Part shown: in pieces, positions 27,826 to 37,587 of the stretch
Position numbering within the stretch: position 1 is the first letter of the stretch
Layout of the letters: each line of letters begins with the position of its first letter
Program-made: the position numbers and the translations under genes
Notes under the pieces: model-generated
Told to the model about the DNA's origin: nothing
Seen by the model: only the letters and a program-made list of their open reading frames with translations
The model's database searches: none
NCBI GenBank assembly: GCA_963745075.1
Contig: CAVUWV010000018.1
Span: 290,522-354,521 of the forward strand
DNA: 64,000 bases
Reading direction: 5' to 3'
From: Candidatus Hydrogenedentota bacterium
Lineage (GTDB): Bacteria > Hydrogenedentota > Hydrogenedentia > Hydrogenedentales > SLHB01

Positions 27826-30800
27826 ATGAACTTTTTAGTCGGTCACCGGTATGCGCTTCTGGCAGGTATTGCCCTTGCCGTCGTTGCCGCAAGCTACGGA
27901 CAGACCCCTTTTGAAAAACACGATGCCGATGCCGTGCTGCGGGACGCCGCGATCGATCGCACGCACGGTGTCCTCTACGCCACCGCATACGACCGCAGCG
28001 AAGTGTGGAAGATCGACCTGACGACCGGTACCCGCGTGGGTACTGTCTCAGTCGAGAAAGGCCCAACGGCGTTGGCTTTGTCTAGCGACGGAACCGTCCT
28101 GGCTTGCGTGAACCGGAGTGCCGGGTCTGTGTCGCTGATTCGAACGTCCGATTTCGGCATCGCGGCAGTCGTGCCATGCACGGGAAGCGCGGATGACGTG
28201 AGTGCGCTCCCCGGGGGCGGGTTCGCGGTAGCCAATAGTTTCAACGACTCCGTCACGTTGATCGATCCCAAACATCCCGAATCCGTATCGGTTATCGAGG
28301 GAGTGTCCAGCGTTCCGAGTAGTGTCGCCGCATCCGAAGGATTTCTCGGCGTCACAACCCGGACCCCCGCGCAGTTGTTGCTGTATACGGGTGGATCCAA
28401 GACACCGGCCGCACACGTGGCGTTGCCGGCAAGCCCATTTGCGTTGTGTGCACTGCCGAACGATCGGTTCCTTGTTGCAATGCGATCGGGAGTTACGATC
28501 GTCGAGGCGTCTGACGCGTCAACGGCCGCCCACCGGGGCTTGGACGTCTACGACGTCGCGTCCGATGGCGATCGCATTTACATCCTAACGACCGGAGCCG
28601 TTCAGATCTGCGATAGGTCGCTGGCAATGAATCAGAGCGTCCCCGTCGGTGACGCGGCGCGAACGCTCGCCGCCGCACCGGGACTGGTGATCGCGCTGGC
28701 GCCGAAAGATCGTGCGTGGTTCTCGTCCGGCCAGGTTGCGATGCCCGAAAAGAAGGTGGCGGCCGTTGAGACACCAAAGCCGGAGCCGATGCCCGTTGCG
28801 CCCAAGGAAAACGTTGCACCACCTGCAGAACCTGCGGCGAAAACGCAGCCTGAAGTTGTAGAGGCGACGCCGGCGCCGGCGCCCGAGGTCAAACCCGGGC
28901 AGGCAAAATCACCCGAGCAACCGAAGCCCGAAATGACTCCCACGGCCCCTCAAGCGGAAGCCACGGAATCCAGGGTACCGAAGGCCGAGTCGACTACGCC
29001 GATGGCTACGCCCCGCGAGCCGCGGAAGAGCCGGATTCGCCGTGCCGAACCGGTAGCAACCGCGCAGCCGGAAACCGAGTCGCCTGAATCGCCGCGCCGG
29101 CCAGCCGCATCGCCGCTGGAAAGTGCAATCAATGAACCTACCGTCGGTGGCGCCACTACGGAAGGATTGGATCTGGGCACAAGCGAAGGCGGCTTCACGC
29201 CCCCGGACTGGACGCAACCCTATCGTGACGTTCAGGCTGACAATGTTGAACTCCTCGATAACGGTAACATTACCATCGCAACCGGCAACGCGCGCCTGAC
29301 CCTGGACACCATTCAATTCGCGGCGGACAAGGTCTTTATCGATCGGCGAACGGGACAGGTGGAGGCGACCGGCAACGTGGAGGTCGTTCAAGGCGAGTCG
29401 ACGGCGTGGGCGGATTCCGTACTGTACACGGTTCCACTGGACGCCGAACTTGAGAATCCCCCCCCTCTCATGCCCGCCGGAAAAGGCGAGCAGGATTACG
29501 CGCGAAAGATCCTCTCACTCGGGAAGATGGACGCGGCCAACATCGAAATCGATGAACCCACGCGTCATTTTACCGCCGATCACATCATCTACGATTTCTC
29601 GAGCCAGACCGGTGAAGCCTGGGGCGTGGAAGGCCAATCGGGGCAGGTCCGCTTTGGCGGCGACCACCTCACCATGTTGGGCGAAGGCGATGTGAGCGGA
29701 GAGAATCTCTGGCTGACCACCTGCGATTGCGATCACGAGTACTACCGCATCCGTCTGAAACAGGCCACCATCAAGAATGGCCAGGCCGTCACCGGCAAAA
29801 ACGCCCGCATGGAGTTGGGCGGTGTGGGCACCCCGCTGTGGTGGCCGCGTTGGGGCTACAAGAGCGGCTCCGAAACCCCGACGGTTGGAATCGATTTCGA
29901 CAGCGGCAAACGGGCGGAACTCGGATACTACATTAACGTCGGCCAGCAGTTCGCCGTCACCCCGAACATGGAACTGGGTATTCGGTTCTTTCCCACGACA
30001 AAAGAAGGCGTCGGGTTCGGCGTGGAAGGGCAATACGACTTCATGGAGACGCCCGCAGAACCGTTGTATGGCGGCAAGGGCGAGTTCAAGAGTCTGGTCA
30101 CGACGAACAGCCGCGGCTATTACGAGTGGTATCACCGGCAGGAACTCGAACCCGATACGATCATGCTCGTCCACGCGGAACAGTGGTCGGACCGCGAATT
30201 CTACAAGGACTTCTATTACGACCAGTACAAGGATCGTACGCAGCCGCGCAATTTCGTGAACGTGACCCATACGAAACCGACGTACATTGCCACCGCGACC
30301 GTGCGCAAGACGACCAACGATTTCGTCAGCGAAACCGAGCGGATGCCCGAGGCGACGTACCACCTGCTCGAACGGCAGTTGTTTGACCGGGTCTATTTCA
30401 CGTTCGACACGATCGACGGCTACAACGAGCGCGAGCCGGAAGGCGAAAACTCGGTGCGCAGCATCAACGTCGGCCGGTTGACCTACGACCTTCAATTGGG
30501 CCAGACACTCAATCTGACCCCCTATGTTGAACTCGAGGGATCCTGGTACGGCAAAAACCGGGACGGCGGCGGTTCCGATACGCGCGTTTCAACCGAGTTC
30601 GGGACCACGCTGCAAACGCGATTCCAGCGCACCTACGAGGGGCGTTGGGGCTTCAGCGGGTTTAAGCATATTGTCGTGCCTTCGATGACCTACTCCTACC
30701 GTCCGCAACCGACGATGGGGGTCGAGGAAACGCCACGATTCGACGTGTACGATAACGTTTATGGCCGCAGCCGGTTGGAGAGTAAGATCGATAACATCGT

Positions 30801-31440
30801 CATGGGACGGGACGCGGAATCCGGCGAAGCGTGGCAGGTGGCGCGGTTGAGTCTGTATTACGGCGACGACTTCTCCAATGAAATCCGCAAATCGCGGGAC
30901 TACGAACTGGAGTTCGACTTGCGTCCCCGGCCGTTGTGGGGGTTTCAGACCATCGCGGAGCACCACAGCATCAGTGACGAGATCGACATCGATTTGGACC
31001 GTCCCTACTTCGTCCAACGAACCCTCATCGAGTTGTACGACCGGTTCGCCAATGAACCGTTCGATCCGGAGACGGCGGACAAGTACAATACGGCGTATGG
31101 TGACTATGACCGCATCCTCGCCTTCCTGTACTACGATGACCGAAACTACGACGGCCGGTTGAACGGCCGGATTGGCTTCGCGTACACGGAGACCCAGAAC
31201 GAGGTTTTCAATCGCGAAATTCTCTATGGCATGGGATACAAGCTCGGACCGAAATGGTCCGTGGCCTTTGAACATCGGTACGATTTCGAGCGCGGCGAAC
31301 TTTACCGCCAGCGATACGAGATCCGGCGCGTGCTGCAGTGCCTGGAAGGAGCCGTACAAGTGACCGAACGCAGTTCGGGCTGGGACGTCGGCGTCGAGTT
31401 CAGCTTGACCGGCATCCCGGGGACCCGCCTGCGTTTCTAG
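27826..31440 (+). CDS. lptD: LPS-assembly protein LptD-like with N-terminal beta-propeller and Pro-rich linker
   Basis: Signal peptide; YVTN-like repeats; OstA-like jellyroll (QADNV, ATGNV); LTTCD motif; C-terminal beta-barrel ending in Phe. Confidence 0.8.
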   Translation: MNFLVGHRYALLAGIALAVVAASYGQTPFEKHDADAVLRDAAIDRTHGVLYATAYDRSEVWKIDLTTGTRVGTVSVEKGPTALALSSDGTVLACVNRSAGSVSLIRTSDFGIAAVVPCTGSADDVSALPGGGFAVANSFNDSVTLIDPKHPESVSVIEGVSSVPSSVAASEGFLGVTTRTPAQLLLYTGGSKTPAAHVALPASPFALCALPNDRFLVAMRSGVTIVEASDASTAAHRGLDVYDVASDGDRIYILTTGAVQICDRSLAMNQSVPVGDAARTLAAAPGLVIALAPKDRAWFSSGQVAMPEKKVAAVETPKPEPMPVAPKENVAPPAEPAAKTQPEVVEATPAPAPEVKPGQAKSPEQPKPEMTPTAPQAEATESRVPKAESTTPMATPREPRKSRIRRAEPVATAQPETESPESPRRPAASPLESAINEPTVGGATTEGLDLGTSEGGFTPPDWTQPYRDVQADNVELLDNGNITIATGNARLTLDTIQFAADKVFIDRRTGQVEATGNVEVVQGESTAWADSVLYTVPLDAELENPPPLMPAGKGEQDYARKILSLGKMDAANIEIDEPTRHFTADHIIYDFSSQTGEAWGVEGQSGQVRFGGDHLTMLGEGDVSGENLWLTTCDCDHEYYRIRLKQATIKNGQAVTGKNARMELGGVGTPLWWPRWGYKSGSETPTVGIDFDSGKRAELGYYINVGQQFAVTPNMELGIRFFPTTKEGVGFGVEGQYDFMETPAEPLYGGKGEFKSLVTTNSRGYYEWYHRQELEPDTIMLVHAEQWSDREFYKDFYYDQYKDRTQPRNFVNVTHTKPTYIATATVRKTTNDFVSETERMPEATYHLLERQLFDRVYFTFDTIDGYNEREPEGENSVRSINVGRLTYDLQLGQTLNLTPYVELEGSWYGKNRDGGGSDTRVSTEFGTTLQTRFQRTYEGRWGFSGFKHIVVPSMTYSYRPQPTMGVEETPRFDVYDNVYGRSRLESKIDNIVMGRDAESGEAWQVARLSLYYGDDFSNEIRKSRDYELEFDLRPRPLWGFQTIAEHHSISDEIDIDLDRPYFVQRTLIELYDRFANEPFDPETADKYNTAYGDYDRILAFLYYDDRNYDGRLNGRIGFAYTETQNEVFNREILYGMGYKLGPKWSVAFEHRYDFERGELYRQRYEIRRVLQCLEGAVQVTERSSGWDVGVEFSLTGIPGTRLRF

Positions 31441-31473
31441 TTCGGCTCAGGCGCAAAACCCTGCGAGAGCATC

Positions 31474-32655
31474 ATGAGTTCTGACCTGACGTCTACCGTG
31501 GAAGCTGTGACGCCGGAGATCGTTCAGCTTCGCCGCGAATTGCACGAGCATCCGGAGATCCGGTTCCAGGAGCAATGGACTTCGGACCGCATAGCACAAT
31601 TCCTCGATGGGGCGGGCGTTTCCTATCAGCGTGGCTTTGCCAAAGGCACCGGAATCGTCGCAACGCTGGGCGCCGGCGGCGGGAAGACCGTCTTGTTGCG
31701 CGCGGACATGGACGCCCTCGAGATCCAGGAGGCAACCGGTCTCCCTTACGCCTCGAAAATCCCCAACCGCATGCACGCCTGCGGGCATGACGGGCATACC
31801 GCATGCTTATGCGGCGTCGTTAAAACCTTGCTACGACATTTGGACCGCATTCGCGGAACGGTAAAGTTCGTATTCCAGCCCGCCGAAGAAGAGGCCGCAG
31901 GCGGGCGTTACATCGTCGAAGAAGGCGTTTTGGACGGGGTGGACGCGGCCTTTGCGCTGCACGGCTGGCCCACGCTCCCCGTCGGCTCCATCGGACTTCG
32001 TGCCGGCTGGGCCCTCGCGGGCGCGGATACGTTTCGAATTACCGTGCGCGGCCAAGCCTGCCATGGCGCGGATCCCGCGGCGGGCGTCGATCCCATCGTG
32101 GTTGCCGCACACATCACCGCCGCGCTGCAAACGATCGTCAGCCGGGAATTGAACCCGTGGGACGCAGGTGTCGTTACCGTCGGCAAAATCCACGCGGGGA
32201 CGGCGACCAACATCATCCCGGAAACGGCCGTCCTGGAAGGAACGTTCCGTAGTTTCACGCCGGCGGTCCACGACACGATCGAGGCTGCGGTCGAACGAAT
32301 TGCCAAAGGTATGGCCGCTTCGTTACGGGCCGAGGCCGAGGTGAAATTTTCGGAGGACCGCTATCCCCCGCTGTACAACGACGAAGCGATGACCGAATTC
32401 GTGCGTCGAGAATCGACCGCGCTCCTGGGCGAGGATTGCGTGATCGAATTGGAATCGCCGTATATGGGCGCGGAGGATTTTGCGTTCTACCTTCGCAAGG
32501 TGCCGGGGACCTTTATTTGCCTCGGGGTCAATCCGGAACCGGGAAAACCCTATCCCCCGCTCCACAATCCGAAATACAATTTCGGCGACAGTCCCATACC
32601 CACGGCCATCGCGCTGATGGCAAACTTGGCACTGCGATATCTCGAAGAAGACTGA
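31474..32655 (+). CDS. M20D family amidohydrolase
   Basis: RRELHEHPE, LRADMDAL, MHACGHDGH, FQPAEE, GAEDF, LHNP. Confidence 0.95.
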   Translation: MSSDLTSTVEAVTPEIVQLRRELHEHPEIRFQEQWTSDRIAQFLDGAGVSYQRGFAKGTGIVATLGAGGGKTVLLRADMDALEIQEATGLPYASKIPNRMHACGHDGHTACLCGVVKTLLRHLDRIRGTVKFVFQPAEEEAAGGRYIVEEGVLDGVDAAFALHGWPTLPVGSIGLRAGWALAGADTFRITVRGQACHGADPAAGVDPIVVAAHITAALQTIVSRELNPWDAGVVTVGKIHAGTATNIIPETAVLEGTFRSFTPAVHDTIEAAVERIAKGMAASLRAEAEVKFSEDRYPPLYNDEAMTEFVRRESTALLGEDCVIELESPYMGAEDFAFYLRKVPGTFICLGVNPEPGKPYPPLHNPKYNFGDSPIPTAIALMANLALRYLEED

Positions 32656-32702
32656 GGCGTGCGACCCAACGCTGCGTGTGCCGCCGTGAGCCAGTAGAAG
32701 GC

Positions 32703-32927
32703 ATGGATAATCTCGCAAAAAGCCTCATCGTTCTGGGCGTTATTCTCGTCGCCGCAGGCATCTTGCTGCATTTCGGCGGTAAAGCCGGATTTCTCGGCCT
32801 CGGCCGGCTGCCGGGCGACATCCGCATCGAACGGGAGCACGTAAAATTCTACTTCCCGCTCACGACCTCCATCATCATCAGCGTCGTGTTGTCGATTATC
32901 CTCTACCTGCTCTCCAAGCTGCGATAG
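32703..32927 (+). CDS. DUF2905 family small membrane protein
   Basis: GRLPGDIRI...FYFPLTTSIIIS motif. Confidence 0.92.
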   Translation: MDNLAKSLIVLGVILVAAGILLHFGGKAGFLGLGRLPGDIRIEREHVKFYFPLTTSIIISVVLSIILYLLSKLR

Positions 32928-32930
32928 CTC

Positions 32931-33033
32931 GGAATTCTCACACGCACAAACGGTCGAACGTGTAACCTCAGTGCGTACTATGCCTTCAGAATATGGAAGC
33001 GTATTGACTTTACATTGTGCGTGTGAGAATTCC
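32931..33033. mobile_element. MITE-like element with perfect 19-bp terminal inverted repeats
   Basis: ggaattctcacacgcacaa (32931-32949) / ttgtgcgtgtgagaattcc (33015-33033) around an AT-richer noncoding core. Confidence 0.65.
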
Positions 33034-33063
33034 TCAACAGTGAGCCTTCAGATCTTCTCGGGA

Positions 33064-33127
33064 GCATTTCTCACCGCACCCAAAGTACCAGTCGGCAAGA
33101 CGATGGCCTTCGGGCGGTGAGAAATGC
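33064..33127. repeat. Second inverted-repeat element with related termini
   Basis: gcatttctcaccgc (33064-33077) / gcggtgagaaatgc (33114-33127). Confidence 0.6.
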
Positions 33128-33142
33128 GGGGTAGCAATCTGG

Positions 33143-33769
33143 TCAGTAATCGCCCGACTTCGAGTTCCCGGCGTGGTCCATTCGGCGATCGTGGCGGATT
33201 CCCTGGGTCTTCAAAAGCTCCTCGGCTTCGGCCAGTTTCTGGGGTGGCACGTCGTCCGTCCGGTGGGCGACGTACTTGGCGGGCGCTCCGGCCCAGACTT
33301 CGTAGGGGCCGATGTCCTTCGTCACGATACTACCGACACCCACGACAGCGCCCTCTCCAATCGTCACGCCGTACGAAATGTAGGCCCGGCTGCCAATCCA
33401 GCAGTTCGGTCCAATGATGGTGGGCTTGATGATGTGTGGAGTGAACCGCCAGTGTTCCTTGGTGCCGTAGATCATGTGGGTGCCGTCGCGAATGATGACG
33501 TTTTCGGCGAGGCCCGTGTTCTCACCGATCTCCACAACCGACGAGCTTTCGATAATCACATACCAGCTCACCATGCTCCGATCCTTGAAGATGATCTTTC
33601 CGTCCTTGCGCGTGCGGAAAATGCAGTGGTCGCGGATGTGGACATTGTCCCCCACTTCGACGTGACCTTCCACTTCGATGTCCGTGCCGTAGAACCGGCA
33701 TCGCTTCCCGACCGAAGCAAACTTCCGCGAGTTCTGCCAGTTGATGTATTTCTTGACAAGCTTCCGCAT
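33143..33769 (-). CDS. Hexapeptide-repeat (left-handed beta-helix) acyltransferase
   Basis: Repeats VEVGDNVHI, IGENT, IIGPNCWIGS, GVTIGEGAVVGVGSIVTKD, AGAPAK. Confidence 0.9.
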   Translation of the reverse strand: MRKLVKKYINWQNSRKFASVGKRCRFYGTDIEVEGHVEVGDNVHIRDHCIFRTRKDGKIIFKDRSMVSWYVIIESSSVVEIGENTGLAENVIIRDGTHMIYGTKEHWRFTPHIIKPTIIGPNCWIGSRAYISYGVTIGEGAVVGVGSIVTKDIGPYEVWAGAPAKYVAHRTDDVPPQKLAEAEELLKTQGIRHDRRMDHAGNSKSGDY

Positions 33770-33910
33770 GCCCGATTCCTCCCCATCCCATTTATGTGAA
33801 CGCCGGCGATTATACAGTAGATCGGCTGCAAAGATCGTGCTACTTTGTACGCTGCGGAAATCTGGTGGCGGACGATCGATGCGTCGTGACGCATCGCGGG
33901 AGGTTACTTC

Positions 33911-35488
33911 ATGACCCTCGAAATGGGACTGGTCCATCACTGGCCCTTGACCACGAACGCACGTGATACCTGCGGCGAGCGTAATGGAGACGCGCGCGGC
34001 GTTCGATTCGAAGGGGGATCGGCCGTGTTTGATGGCCGCGCCGCGCATATTGTTACGGCCAACGCAACACCCTTTCAGCCGGGCGCCGGGGACTTCACCA
34101 TATCGGTCCACATCCGCACCGCCGCCGAACTCGATCATGTCCTGGGGGATATTGTTTCCACCTTCGACCCCGAGACCCGACGCGGCATCAATTTTTGCCT
34201 CATGAATTTTGCGGGCGTCACATCGGCCCAGTCCAACTACCGCAATCTGTTCTTCGGGATTGACAACGACTCCCCGGAGCCGGAATGGTCCGATTGCGGA
34301 CGCCCCGGAAACAACCTGATGGTCTGGGCGCAGTGCGTGTATGACGGCAATCTGTACGCAGGCACCTTTGAGACGGCCCGAAACGAAGCCGGCCACGTCT
34401 ACCGGTATCTTGGAGGTACGGCGTGGGAAGATTGCGGTTCGCCGGCGCCTTGTAACGCCATTACCGCGTTGGCGGAATTCGACGGCAAACTTTACGCAGC
34501 CGCCTCTCACTACCGTTCGCGCGGCTCATCCATTGCGGAATCACTGAACGAGACACCCGGCGGAACGGTCTTCCGGTACGAGGGTGGCAAGCAGTGGACC
34601 GATTGCGGAACACTCGATAATCCCGAAGCGATTTTCGGTCTCGTCAACTTCCGCGGCAGCCTCTATGCGTCATCCATGTATACACCTGCGGGCGTTTATC
34701 GCTTTGCGGGCGGGACTTCCTGGAAGTATTGCGGTCACCCGGGAGGACGGATAGCGGCGATGACGGTGCACCGGGGCAGTCTGTACGGCACCGGTTACGA
34801 CGCGGAGTTTCCCGGAGTCTATCGCTACGCGGGCGGCGAATCGTGGGAAGACTGTGGCGCACCGCCGGGCGTGACGCAATCCTATTCCTTCGCGCAACAC
34901 TTCGGCGAGCTGTATCTTGGCACCTGGCCGGGCGGCCGCGTCTTCCGATACGACGGCGACATGGGTTGGGAAAATACCGGACGCCTGGGCGAAGAGGAAG
35001 AGGTTATGGGCATGGCCGTGTACAACGGCAAACTCTACGCAGGCACGCTTCCCCTCGCCGAAGTCTACCGCTACGACGGCGACAGACGATGGACGAACTC
35101 CGGCCGCCTCGACCACACCCCCAACGTGCGTTATCGACGCGCCTGGTCCATGGCCGTATACCAGGGGCGGCTCTTCTGCGGTGTGTTGCCGTCGGGACAT
35201 GTGTACAGCACGAAGACTGGCGCTTGCGTGACGCACGACCGCGCATTGGACCCGGGCTGGCGTCATATCGCGGCCATTCGCGAGGACGGCACGCTTAAAC
35301 TGTTTGTCGGCGGCGCGGAAGTCGCCCGTTCGAAGTCATTCAATCAAGGCGCCTTTAACCTCTCGAACGGGCTGCCCTTGCGGATCGGATTCGGCGCCCA
35401 TGACTATTTCAATGGCGCCATGAAGGACCTGCGTTGGTACGACCGGGCGCTCGCCTCAAACGAAATCGCGCGACTGGCCGACCTCTAG
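33911..35488 (+). CDS. LamG-like jellyroll protein with an inserted 7-repeat beta-propeller
   Basis: LamG halves (HWPL...FDG...FTISV; WRHIAA...LFVGG...LRIG...FNGAMKDLRWYDRAL) flank seven W-x-x-C/T/S-G repeats. Confidence 0.85.
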   Translation: MTLEMGLVHHWPLTTNARDTCGERNGDARGVRFEGGSAVFDGRAAHIVTANATPFQPGAGDFTISVHIRTAAELDHVLGDIVSTFDPETRRGINFCLMNFAGVTSAQSNYRNLFFGIDNDSPEPEWSDCGRPGNNLMVWAQCVYDGNLYAGTFETARNEAGHVYRYLGGTAWEDCGSPAPCNAITALAEFDGKLYAAASHYRSRGSSIAESLNETPGGTVFRYEGGKQWTDCGTLDNPEAIFGLVNFRGSLYASSMYTPAGVYRFAGGTSWKYCGHPGGRIAAMTVHRGSLYGTGYDAEFPGVYRYAGGESWEDCGAPPGVTQSYSFAQHFGELYLGTWPGGRVFRYDGDMGWENTGRLGEEEEVMGMAVYNGKLYAGTLPLAEVYRYDGDRRWTNSGRLDHTPNVRYRRAWSMAVYQGRLFCGVLPSGHVYSTKTGACVTHDRALDPGWRHIAAIREDGTLKLFVGGAEVARSKSFNQGAFNLSNGLPLRIGFGAHDYFNGAMKDLRWYDRALASNEIARLADL

Positions 35489-35505
35489 ACCAAAGGGGAC
35501 ATCGA

Positions 35506-36714
35506 ATGATGCTTAAATTCATGATGCGCGTCGCGTTAATTGTCGCGGCCGTTGTTTGCTTTGCGCCCACGGCTAAAAGTCAGGACGACGACGACGCCTA
35601 CATCAAACGCTTTTACGAACGCTACCCGAAAGTCGAGGCTCCGCCCGCGCTTTCTGCGTATGCGAACGCCGACCGGTTCGACGAACGGTTCTTGGGGGAC
35701 GCTTTGGACGATGCGCTCAAAGGGGTCAAGAAGAACCAGGGCAACAACGCGTGGGGCCTGGCCTATTGGATGCACGCGTTCAATGAAATGTACCGCGCGA
35801 CCAAAGATGAGAAATACCTCGATGCCAATCTTCGCTGTATTGACGCGATGCTCGCGGCCCGCGACGACAAGCAGGGGCTCAAACTCTGGACCGGGGTCAT
35901 CGCTCCCGCATGGAGTTCGGATAAGTACGCCAAACGGGGCCGGGCCGTGTTTGCGGTTCATACCGGGATGATCGTTTACCCCATGATGGATTTCCTGGCC
36001 CTGGTGCATGACACGCCCGACGTTCTCCCTTCGGACAGCGAACACTACGAGGAAATTCAAACCCAGGCCCTTGAGGCCCTTGCCTTCCACGATCGCCAGT
36101 GGCGCGACGGTCCCGGCGACGACGAAGGCCACTACGTCGGACTGGACCAGGAGGATATCCTGGAAGGCAAAGTGCTGCCCGGGAACCGGCTCAGCGCCAT
36201 GGGGCGCGCATTGTGGGCGGCGTGGAAAGTCACGGGCGATACCGCGTACCGCGATCGCGCGTTGAAAATCGGCCGCTACATCAAGGGCCGGCTGGGCGTG
36301 GGTACGGACGGCGCGTACTACTGGGAATACTGGCTGCCGGACCAGCGCGTATCGGGAACCGTCAATCGGAAAGACGTCAATGGTGAGGACGCGTCGCACG
36401 GCGAGTTGACGGCATCGTTCCCCTTCATGCTGGCGGCGGAGGGCGAGGTCTTCGGCGACGAGGACATGCGTCGATTCGGACTCACGGTCGTGAACGGTCT
36501 TGCGCGGTTAGGCGACGGCATCTTGTTCGGTAACGTCACCGGCGATCCGGGCTCCAATCCCGCGCTGGCTTCGAGTCCGCACGAGTGGTTGATTCCCGGC
36601 AAGGCCGCGCCGGAAGCAAAAGATCGGTTGGTTGCGTTTTATCTGAACTATCAGCCGTCCCCCGGTCCCCTCGATCTGGCGCGGCTCATGGAATATGCCG
36701 GTGAGAAGAAATGA
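35506..36714 (+). CDS. Secreted helical protein, probable (alpha/alpha)6 toroid (glycoside hydrolase/epimerase-like)
   Basis: Signal peptide; helical repeats MYRATKDEKYL and AWKVTGDTAYRDRA; family not identified. Confidence 0.7.
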   Translation: MMLKFMMRVALIVAAVVCFAPTAKSQDDDDAYIKRFYERYPKVEAPPALSAYANADRFDERFLGDALDDALKGVKKNQGNNAWGLAYWMHAFNEMYRATKDEKYLDANLRCIDAMLAARDDKQGLKLWTGVIAPAWSSDKYAKRGRAVFAVHTGMIVYPMMDFLALVHDTPDVLPSDSEHYEEIQTQALEALAFHDRQWRDGPGDDEGHYVGLDQEDILEGKVLPGNRLSAMGRALWAAWKVTGDTAYRDRALKIGRYIKGRLGVGTDGAYYWEYWLPDQRVSGTVNRKDVNGEDASHGELTASFPFMLAAEGEVFGDEDMRRFGLTVVNGLARLGDGILFGNVTGDPGSNPALASSPHEWLIPGKAAPEAKDRLVAFYLNYQPSPGPLDLARLMEYAGEKK

Positions 36715-37559
36715 GCGTTTCGCCGCCCACCGTGCAGCGCACCACGATCGAAACATCCGACAACATCGATCTGGTCGCATACACGTGGAGTCCAGGCCCA
36801 TCGTCACGCGGAGCGGTTGCGATAATTCACGGGTACGGTCATCACACAACATCGTTCGAGGAACTTGCGGGCAATTTATGCGCGTCGGGATTCACCGTTC
36901 ACGGGTTTGACCAGCGCGGGCACGGTCTGTCTCCAGGGAAACGAGGCCATATCGCATCCTTCGCAACCGACTTGGACGATATGAGCTGCTTTCTTGATGC
37001 GATACGCCCCGCAACGGAAGGCCGTCCGCTGTTTATCTTCGGGCATAGCCTCGGGGGACTCATCCTGGGCCACTTCGTGGTCGAGCACAAACCGGAGGTG
37101 GCCGGCCTGGTCTTCAGTAGCGCGTTACTCAAGATTCCGGACAGTGTGTCACCGCTTTTAGTCAGATGGGGAAACTTCCTGGGCACGGTGACGCCGTGGT
37201 TGCCCGTGCAGAAGGTCGATTACCGGTGGGTATCCCGTGACGCCATGGTGCTGGAATCGCTCCTTCAAGATCCGTTGCGTCATACCGGCGTGATGAACGC
37301 GCGGACGGGCGCCGAGATCGCCCGGACGATTGCGGCCTTTGAAGGAAGGATGCCGGAGATTTCCGATCCGGTACTCCTGTTTCATGGCGCCGCGGACCGC
37401 CTTACCGATCCGGATGGAACCCGGGCGCTGTATTCCAAAGCGGCTTCGGAGGACAAGACGCTCGAAATCTTCGAAGATGGCTATCACGAACTTTTCAACG
37501 ACCTGGAGCGGGAGCGCTTCACCACCGAAATGTGTGACTGGTTGGTCGAACGAAGCTGA
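36711..37559 (+). CDS. Lysophospholipase / monoacylglycerol lipase-like alpha/beta hydrolase
   Basis: IIHGYG, FDQRGHGLS, GHSLGG, HGAADRL, YHELFN. Confidence 0.93.
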   Translation: MSVSPPTVQRTTIETSDNIDLVAYTWSPGPSSRGAVAIIHGYGHHTTSFEELAGNLCASGFTVHGFDQRGHGLSPGKRGHIASFATDLDDMSCFLDAIRPATEGRPLFIFGHSLGGLILGHFVVEHKPEVAGLVFSSALLKIPDSVSPLLVRWGNFLGTVTPWLPVQKVDYRWVSRDAMVLESLLQDPLRHTGVMNARTGAEIARTIAAFEGRMPEISDPVLLFHGAADRLTDPDGTRALYSKAASEDKTLEIFEDGYHELFNDLERERFTTEMCDWLVERS

Positions 37560-37587
37560 TGCACCTCGTTAAAGGAGAAAATGCGTA

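Noticed and set aside
33770..34510. Upstream 247 codons of the 455-aa minus-strand ORF
   Set aside because: Antisense to the LamG/propeller gene; the acyltransferase begins at 33769 after an RBS.
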